DNA from: a virus
Lineage: Duplodnaviria > Caudoviricetes
Length of the DNA stretch: 53,402 nucleotides
Direction: 5' to 3' (one strand)
IMG/VR virus record: IMGVR_UViG_3300035659_000019
Coordinates: 1-53,402 of that record
Below the pieces are notes generated by a model that was given only the letters and a program-made list of their open reading frames with translations, did no database searches and had not been told where the DNA came from. Both the position numbers and the translations under genes were made by a program. Below, piece by piece: positions 47,427 to 53,402 of the stretch. Position 1 is the first letter of the stretch; each line of letters starts with the position of its first letter.

Positions 47427-47796
47427 TTAGTTCCTCCGCAAGTAAAGCGTAGCCGTCATCACGGACGAGACCTACGCTAAACGCAAGGGAACCACCACCG
47501 CCGTATGCAAGACGTAGAGCCGTCGCTTGACGCTCGTATGCCTTCGCAACCTGCGAGCAGTTCTCTTTACGTGGTCCGATAGTGTAGTCCGCTTCGTTAG
47601 ACCACGCTCGTGCCAGCAGTTCACACGCCGCTGCTACTGATTGATTCAAGTCATCCTCACACTTCGTAAGGATGTACGCTATCTCCTCGTCAGTAAGTGG
47701 CGTGCGATTCGGTTTTACGCCGTTGTCCGGATCGGTGTCGTTTATTTCGAAGCGCAGCCGTCCAACTAGCGAAGTAAGGGTGTACGTAAAAGTCAT
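47413..47796 (-). CDS. Head-tail adaptor
   Basis: RLRFEINDTD...LTDEEIAYIL; first gene after the capsid gene. Confidence 0.7.
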   Translation of the reverse strand: MTFTYTLTSLVGRLRFEINDTDPDNGVKPNRTPLTDEEIAYILTKCEDDLNQSVAAACELLARAWSNEADYTIGPRKENCSQVAKAYERQATALRLAYGGGGSLAFSVGLVRDDGYALLAEELSGYT

Positions 47797-47808
47797 TGGT
47801 TGCTCCTT

Positions 47809-47838
47809 CTGGGGGAGCCTTGCCTAAGGGCTCCCCCA
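47809..47838 (-). terminator. Hairpin after the major capsid gene (terminator or stabiliser)
   Basis: TGGGGGAGCC/GGCTCCCCCA stem; no clear U-tract on the minus strand. Confidence 0.5.
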
Positions 47839-47863
47839 TCTTCGGGAGGAGAGAAATGCTACT

Positions 47864-48922
47864 TTAGATGATCGTAGGATCAGCCCAAGTGGCATTCGCA
47901 AAGTAGTGGATCGCGCCGTTGGTACGCGTCCAGACACCGAGTCCGTACTCGGACTCCATATACTGGGCGTGCAGCGGGTACGCATCGATTTCCGCAGCGA
48001 TCCGGAGACCCTGCAAACCAGTATTGCTCCGTTGTCGGAACGCAAGAGGTTTGTTTGGAGTTCCAGCGTCCCAGCAGAACGCGTAGTTCGCGATGGCCCA
48101 CGGCTTTACCCAAACTTCAGCAGCACCTAGAATACCGATCGCTCGGTTATCGAGGCGCGAGATATCCAAAGTTTGTGCCGTAGTATCCGTCACGCGGTAG
48201 ACGATCCGAGGATCGACGTACGCCACGAAGCCCGTGAGCGCGCGAAATGCAGCTTCGTCAGCCTGTGCAATCGCGAGCTTGATGGCCGTGCCGTGACCGT
48301 GCTCTATAACGTTAGAGATCAACGCGATGATGTTCGCAACGAGGAGCGTAGCGGCGGCAGTGTAGTGCTGGTGAGATGCTCCGTCGAAAACCTCACCGTT
48401 AGGACCCGGTGGGATGTCTGCACTATCGGCGTTGACGAGACGCTTTACAGATAGCGCGACATTATCAACCAGGTGGTCGGTCCAGGTATAGTTCGTAGCC
48501 TGGTACAGAGCCTTCTTGATGTCGCGGCGTAACGCACGTACGTGCGCTTTCTCCGCGGCGAGAGTAGCGATAGCCAGATCAGCAGGAGTCTTCGTTTGGA
48601 GCCACTTACGAGTCCAACCGATAGCATACTGGTTCAGCTTCAGTGGGAACCCAACAGTGGCGCCTACGAGCGGGCGTTGTGTAGGCGCACGACCGAATTC
48701 GTCGACGTCATACATTTCGCCTTCTACCCCAGCGCCGTAGATGCGCTGACGATCGGTAGTACCTTCACAGAACTCACCAAGCAAGTCCTGCATGATCCGG
48801 TTGTGTGCAGCAAGATCGGACTGCAGGATCGCGATAATCCTGTTTTCGCCGAACTCCGCAACGCTCTGGATGCGAGCAGCAAGCAGAGATGAGATGTCAA
48901 GAGTTCCAACAATGGTAGGCAT
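47864..48922 (-). CDS. Major capsid protein
   Basis: 352 aa, follows the scaffold and decoration genes, followed by a hairpin and the adaptor gene. Confidence 0.8.
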   Translation of the reverse strand: MPTIVGTLDISSLLAARIQSVAEFGENRIIAILQSDLAAHNRIMQDLLGEFCEGTTDRQRIYGAGVEGEMYDVDEFGRAPTQRPLVGATVGFPLKLNQYAIGWTRKWLQTKTPADLAIATLAAEKAHVRALRRDIKKALYQATNYTWTDHLVDNVALSVKRLVNADSADIPPGPNGEVFDGASHQHYTAAATLLVANIIALISNVIEHGHGTAIKLAIAQADEAAFRALTGFVAYVDPRIVYRVTDTTAQTLDISRLDNRAIGILGAAEVWVKPWAIANYAFCWDAGTPNKPLAFRQRSNTGLQGLRIAAEIDAYPLHAQYMESEYGLGVWTRTNGAIHYFANATWADPTII

Positions 48923-48934
48923 GATTCATTCTCC

Positions 48935-49843
48935 TTATGCTGTTCGGAATCCTAGGACGTAAACTTCAGCCCCAGGGAAGTTGGCACCAGTGCTTGCCTT
49001 AGAAACACGCAAGTTGGTACCGGCGGCAACATCAAAGTATGCGTCATCATACGACGCAAAGTGATACTGAGCCTTATCGGCGCCTGCAGCGCAGTCCAAA
49101 GCTTCAGTAATCGCATTAGCGACGTTCTTCACGGTGACCAAGCAGCCAGCAGTACCTGCTCCCTTCAGCACAAACCACGCCATCGCGACGCGTGTCTTGT
49201 GGGTCAATAGGATGTCTGTATCGCCGTTCGCGCCTGACGTCAGTGTTAAGCGATGGATCACAGGAATGCCACCGATGACGTTTGCGTTAGCAACTAACGC
49301 GGCTACAGTACCGGTCAGAGATGCAAGAGCGATCTTTGCCTCCGTAACGTTCGCATCCAGAATCTTAACGGTAATAACAGCGTTCGACGCGAGCTCGGTA
49401 GCAGTAATAGTACCTGCACCTACCGTTGCCGACGTCAGAGGAGTTTCATCGCCTACAACACGAATGTCGTAAGCGGTAATTGCCTGCGCAATGGCAAAGG
49501 CGCAACCAGTTTGCGCAGCGGTGTCTAGACGACCCGCAGTAGCACCTGTAAAATAGATGTCTCCTGGGGTTAGCAGACCATCAGAATAATGGAATCTGGC
49601 ACCTTTCCCGTACAGCGTAACAGCTTGACCTAACTTCACCGCACGGGGTGTCCACCCAACGATCTCTGCCGCTTCGTTTGCAGCGGTAGCATCGCTCATA
49701 TACACCTTGCCATCGGAGGACTTGATGTAACAAGGTGCGGCAACATCGAGATCCGCGCCAGCCTGCAACCCGGTAATCTGAGGTGCAAACATGGCAGTAG
49801 AGGTATCGATGCTAGCCTTTGTTGAACGGGCTATTAAACCCAT
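48935..49843 (-). CDS. Capsid decoration protein with fibre-like extension
   Basis: Decoration-like N-terminus (AGADL...CYIKSSDGKVY...LTPGDIY...GRLDTA), then ITATELASNAVITVKILDANVTEAKIA repeats. Confidence 0.65.
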   Translation of the reverse strand: MGLIARSTKASIDTSTAMFAPQITGLQAGADLDVAAPCYIKSSDGKVYMSDATAANEAAEIVGWTPRAVKLGQAVTLYGKGARFHYSDGLLTPGDIYFTGATAGRLDTAAQTGCAFAIAQAITAYDIRVVGDETPLTSATVGAGTITATELASNAVITVKILDANVTEAKIALASLTGTVAALVANANVIGGIPVIHRLTLTSGANGDTDILLTHKTRVAMAWFVLKGAGTAGCLVTVKNVANAITEALDCAAGADKAQYHFASYDDAYFDVAAGTNLRVSKASTGANFPGAEVYVLGFRTA

Positions 49844-49855
49844 AGTAATACCTCC

Positions 49856-50440
49856 TTAAAGAGAATAGCCGAGATCGGCTCGTTTCTTCGTTATAATTTC
49901 CTCAGGAGTGAGCCCCGCTACATCACCGGTCTTAGATGAATCAATATCCGGTGACTTCTTACCAGGCTTACCCACAAGGTACGGTTTGCGCTTCACTAGC
50001 GCCTTAACTGCATCCTCGACGCCATCGATCTTACCATCCTCAGTGATCTCCACATCAGAGGTATCAATTAGTCGAGAAACGTCTTCGATCGCTTCCGGTA
50101 AAACATTCTGCTTCACGGCCTCACGCTCGACTGCCATTCGGATAAGCGCCTTGTCATTATCCTCTTGGAGCTTCGCAGCTCTGGTCTCGAGAACTTTGAT
50201 CAGCTGCTCCGCCTTCTCAAGCTTCGTTTGCTCAGCATTAGTAGTCTTTACCTCTGCCTCTTCAAGCGCCTGAAGCTTCTTACGACGCTCAGCAGCTTCC
50301 CGATTTGCTTTCCGGAGTGCTGTTCGCATCTTGGCCATCTCTGCCAATGCGTTCTCGAGGTCTTTAGGATCCTTAACCTCTTCTTCGTCTTCGGACGTCA
50401 CGTCCTCTTCCTCTAGGTCTTTCTTATCTTCGTCGTCCAT
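49856..50440 (-). CDS. Scaffolding protein
   Basis: Acidic N-terminus, coiled coil ANREAAERRKKL, AVKALVKRKPYL. Confidence 0.8.
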   Translation of the reverse strand: MDDEDKKDLEEEDVTSEDEEEVKDPKDLENALAEMAKMRTALRKANREAAERRKKLQALEEAEVKTTNAEQTKLEKAEQLIKVLETRAAKLQEDNDKALIRMAVEREAVKQNVLPEAIEDVSRLIDTSDVEITEDGKIDGVEDAVKALVKRKPYLVGKPGKKSPDIDSSKTGDVAGLTPEEIITKKRADLGYSL

Positions 50441-50455
50441 CTCGGATCTCCTTTA

Positions 50456-50812
50456 CTAATCAGATTGACTTTCTTCAACTGTAGCCAAGCCTGCCATAAC
50501 TGGCGAGGTTTCGCCACTACTAACTACAGTCAGGCGAGCCTCATGTCCGTAGATACCAGACGTGAGATCCACAGTGTCTTCCGCGTTAATCGTAATGAGC
50601 ATGACTCCTTCCGTTGGTGCAGGGAAAGTAATTCCTCCTCCTACTGCTGAAGTCTTAGTAATGAGTACCTCATCCGCGGTATAGAGTACCCACTTCGCCA
50701 TATAAGGGATAAGACCAAAGTCTATAGGCGCTCCTTCTGAATCGAGTACTGTTACTTCAATAGCGAGTGTTGACCCAGTATATAACGTAAAGTCTTGATT
50801 CAGAACTGTCAT
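50456..50812 (-). CDS. BppU-N-like beta-sandwich virion protein
   Basis: LYTGST..IEVTV.D..GAPID...ITINAEDT..L..G.Y. Confidence 0.55.
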   Translation of the reverse strand: MTVLNQDFTLYTGSTLAIEVTVLDSEGAPIDFGLIPYMAKWVLYTADEVLITKTSAVGGGITFPAPTEGVMLITINAEDTVDLTSGIYGHEARLTVVSSGETSPVMAGLATVEESQSD

Positions 50813-51696
50813 ATCTCACCATCCAAGTCTTCATGTGTGCCTAGATGTCCGTCTAACTCTATACTCATATCGAAGCCTCCTTGCAACGCGCCATCAAAAG
50901 CGGCTCCACCTACTAGAGCTAAAGCACCCTCAAGTTCTCCTCGTAACGCCTCTACGAGGGTGAGCGCACCGCCCAATCTAACCGTACGTACGGGTATCAC
51001 AAATGCGACTACCGTTCCGTCCGTACTATCTTGAGCGCTAGCCGCTTCCGTAATATCCGCAACGATACCGCCTGCTACCGCATCCTGAACCGCTAGAGCA
51101 GAACAACTCTCCGTAATACTATCGGCAGTAATCCGTAAGCCGTTGCTAACGTCCGTAGCGTCGGCTACCTCTATAATGTTAGCGAGCGTAACGAAAAGGC
51201 GGTCGGAGACATCTTGAGCGCTAGCCGCTTCCGTAATCGCAGCTAACATACTATTGGAAGCTAGCTGGCCATCTATCGCCGAACCACTCTCGGTTATGGA
51301 TGCGACGCCAATTATTAAGCTACTAGTTACATCTACTCCGCTGGCCGCTTCAGTAATGCCAGCGAGGGTTTCAAGGGTAAAGGCTTGACTTTCTGACGCC
51401 GAAGCTGCTTCCGTTATGGTGCTAGGAAAAACCTGTGATGCGTCCTGTGTCTCACTAGCAGAAGTAGCCTCTGTTATCGTACTAGCAGTGATGCGTAGAC
51501 CATCGGATGTTTCTGTCGCAGATGCAACCTCGTTTATTGCGGCTGCGTATATTCCAATGGCATCCTGAATACTATCGGCTGTTGCAACCTCTGTAATACT
51601 GGCGCTTTTAGCACCCGTAGCAGAGTCCTGCCAGAAGTGATACCAAGCTTGCCCGCGTGCCCAGAAGTTGAGCCAAACAGCATCAAGGCGGGCCAT
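50809..51696 (-). CDS. Repeat protein with about ten 20-aa ITEAASA units, probable fibre
   Basis: Units such as SITEVATADSIQD, TITEATSASETQD, AITEAASAQDVSD. Confidence 0.7.
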   Translation of the reverse strand: MARLDAVWLNFWARGQAWYHFWQDSATGAKSASITEVATADSIQDAIGIYAAAINEVASATETSDGLRITASTITEATSASETQDASQVFPSTITEAASASESQAFTLETLAGITEAASGVDVTSSLIIGVASITESGSAIDGQLASNSMLAAITEAASAQDVSDRLFVTLANIIEVADATDVSNGLRITADSITESCSALAVQDAVAGGIVADITEAASAQDSTDGTVVAFVIPVRTVRLGGALTLVEALRGELEGALALVGGAAFDGALQGGFDMSIELDGHLGTHEDLDGEI

Positions 51697-51697
51697 G

Positions 51698-52606
51698 TTA
51701 GCTCACGCAACACCAAGCGTTTACAAGACCAGAAGTAATCGCTGCCGCGGGATTAGGCAAAGAGGTTGTCAAACCGGTTGTTGATGTCCCATGCAAAATA
51801 GGTACCTGAGCTGCTAGTTGTCCGCCTGTCTTGGCCGTTCCACCTTTGCTGGTAATAATGGTTGTCGCGGCCATGAACATACCTACGTAGTAAATGCCAC
51901 TCGAAGGTACTAGATAGGGTGTAGTCATAGCTAACGTCTTCATAGTCTGCGCTGCCCATGCAGCAGCTCCTTGATCAGTGCTAGTTGCTAGAAGATTCCG
52001 GCTAATATCATACAACCCAAACATCCAGTGCGTGATAGTGGCTCCGGCGGTAGCGGCCGAGTGCCACATGATGTTACTTACGGTCATTCCTACAGTCAGG
52101 TATATAGCCTGCATGAATAATGTACCTGAAGCAGTAGGAATGGTCGCGTTTACCTCTGGGCAAATGCTTCGATCCATAGACTCTGCCAAAGTTCCTGTAG
52201 GCCCGTAGACGTCTACTGAACCAAGTACGCTGTTACCCACTCCCATAAGAACTTGGCCGGCTGAGTTGAAGAATCGCCACCCAAGACCATCTTCGTAAAT
52301 AGCACATCCACCCGGAAGTAATGTAAAAGTAGGTGTGATAGCGTTAACAGCTGCCGTGCCGCCCCGGAATAACCTGAAAGTCCTGACTACGGTGTCGTTA
52401 TTGTTGACCATAATGGTCTTGATGAATGCTGTTGTCGAACCGGGAACAGTATAGATGGTCGCCGGAGAGGCGGCTAATTGGCGCTGATCTAAAACCGTAT
52501 AAACCTCGGTTCCGGCATTCAACTCCATACCGAAGACGGTACAAGTTAGTTGCGAGGCAACGCTTGCACCACCTGCAAGAGTATCAGCGGCAGCTAAAGT
52601 GATCAT
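51698..52606 (-). CDS. Beta-rich putative virion protein
   Basis: Thr/Ala/Gly-rich, TIYTVP motif, inside the late operon. Confidence 0.55.
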   Translation of the reverse strand: MITLAAADTLAGGASVASQLTCTVFGMELNAGTEVYTVLDQRQLAASPATIYTVPGSTTAFIKTIMVNNNDTVVRTFRLFRGGTAAVNAITPTFTLLPGGCAIYEDGLGWRFFNSAGQVLMGVGNSVLGSVDVYGPTGTLAESMDRSICPEVNATIPTASGTLFMQAIYLTVGMTVSNIMWHSAATAGATITHWMFGLYDISRNLLATSTDQGAAAWAAQTMKTLAMTTPYLVPSSGIYYVGMFMAATTIITSKGGTAKTGGQLAAQVPILHGTSTTGLTTSLPNPAAAITSGLVNAWCCVS

Positions 52607-53194
52607 TTATAGACTCGCTGTGTAACTTACATTCAAAGTGTCGGTATCGACTACTGCCTTATCTCCACCGGTGAATAGGCCAGCCGAGTAGAGAACTCCT
52701 GCAGTACTGTCAATAGTGGATACTGCTCCAGCTCCGTAAACTAGGAAACAACCTTTCACAGTACCCGAACCAGTGAAGACAAAGGCCAAGGCAGCTGATA
52801 AAGCCTTGGAACCGTTGTTAGCAGCACTCCATGCACAAGTCTTCCGCGGTGCGGTGTAATGGGGTGTATATGTGGCACCAGCTTCTTTCCAAGTGCCATG
52901 CGATGCCATTGTGTCGCCAATTACTGGAACTCCGGTATAGCTGTCGGAACTAATAAGACCCATATATGGCCCGACTACTGCATAGCTAGCTGCAGCTAAG
53001 TAGGTATCCAGTGCTAGGTTCTTCCCAACGTAGGTTACGACGTTCTCAATGGTATCTTCCCACTTGAGATTGCCATCTTTATCAAAACATTGACACCTGA
53101 AAGTGCCTTTAAGCTTGAGGGCCTCGAAAACCCCTCCTGCGCGTACAAGAGCGGCACTGTTTAGGTCTACTGCGTTAGCCTGTGTAGGATTCAC
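52607..53194 (-). CDS. Putative virion protein directly after the portal
   Basis: GTGA-coupled to the portal stop; DGNLKWED..ENVVT..GKN...DTLNVSYT. Confidence 0.6.
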   Translation of the reverse strand: MNPTQANAVDLNSAALVRAGGVFEALKLKGTFRCQCFDKDGNLKWEDTIENVVTYVGKNLALDTYLAAASYAVVGPYMGLISSDSYTGVPVIGDTMASHGTWKEAGATYTPHYTAPRKTCAWSAANNGSKALSAALAFVFTGSGTVKGCFLVYGAGAVSTIDSTAGVLYSAGLFTGGDKAVVDTDTLNVSYTASL

Positions 53195-53402
53195 GGTTGG
53201 TTATCTCCTTGTTGTTGATCTGGATTCTTAGATTCGGCGGCCGCTCGCATCACTAGCTGGCTCCGCTTAACTGCTTCGTCGTTCCATGTACGCATCTTAG
53301 CTATAGTCTTCTGGTCATAACCCGCTTCCTTCCATAACTGCTCCTGTGGTATGCCAATAGACTGTTTCTTAATAAGTAGATCCATCTTCTCCTGGTCGCC
53401 TC
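53191..53402 (-). CDS. Portal C-terminus (second, variant copy)
   Basis: MDLLIKKQSIGIPQEQLWKEAGY...QQQGDNQP, compared with KQKIGIPEEQ at the window start. Confidence 0.85.
   Translation of the reverse strand, partial: GDQEKMDLLIKKQSIGIPQEQLWKEAGYDQKTIAKMRTWNDEAVKRSQLVMRAAAESKNPDQQQGDNQP

Noticed and set aside
53344-53402. Diversity-generating retroelement TR/VR pair
   Set aside because: Mismatches are not adenine-specific, are largely synonymous, and no reverse transcriptase is present.

Overview
This window is an apparently complete, circularly closed genome of about 53.2 kb from a tailed siphovirus-type phage. Nt 1-127 recur exactly at 53217-53343, and the portal gene spans that junction. 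The minus strand carries the late module: terminase, portal, four accessory virion genes, scaffold, decoration protein, major capsid, neck and tail genes with a -1 frameshifted chaperone, tape measure, tail tip, fibre and holin. The plus strand carries an early region (sigma70-like promoters, small ORFs, SprT-like protease, NADAR, PC4-like protein, four Xis/HTH_17-like paralogues) and a GH25 endolysin. It also carries a replication/recombination block (RuvC-like, SNF2 helicase, Cas4-like nuclease, AAA_24 ATPase, DUF669, primase-helicase, UDG-PolA) and a 7-deazaguanine DNA-modification cluster (queC, queD, queE, folE, TGT/DpdA-like). I recognised no integrase or repressor. The most unusual observations are: (1) two related LAGLIDADG genes inserted at start codons, each flanked by a 9-bp duplication and carrying a replacement RBS; (2) a ~500-nt structured RNA region that displays anti-Shine-Dalgarno motifs; (3) a 454-nt early region with no CC and only two GG dinucleotides; (4) a 29-30-bp-period array of a quasi-palindromic motif; (5) a DJ-1/PfpI protein, a DUF6378-like protein and two tiny CxxC/acidic proteins inside the deazaguanine cluster. 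All family assignments come from motif recognition by eye, not database searches.
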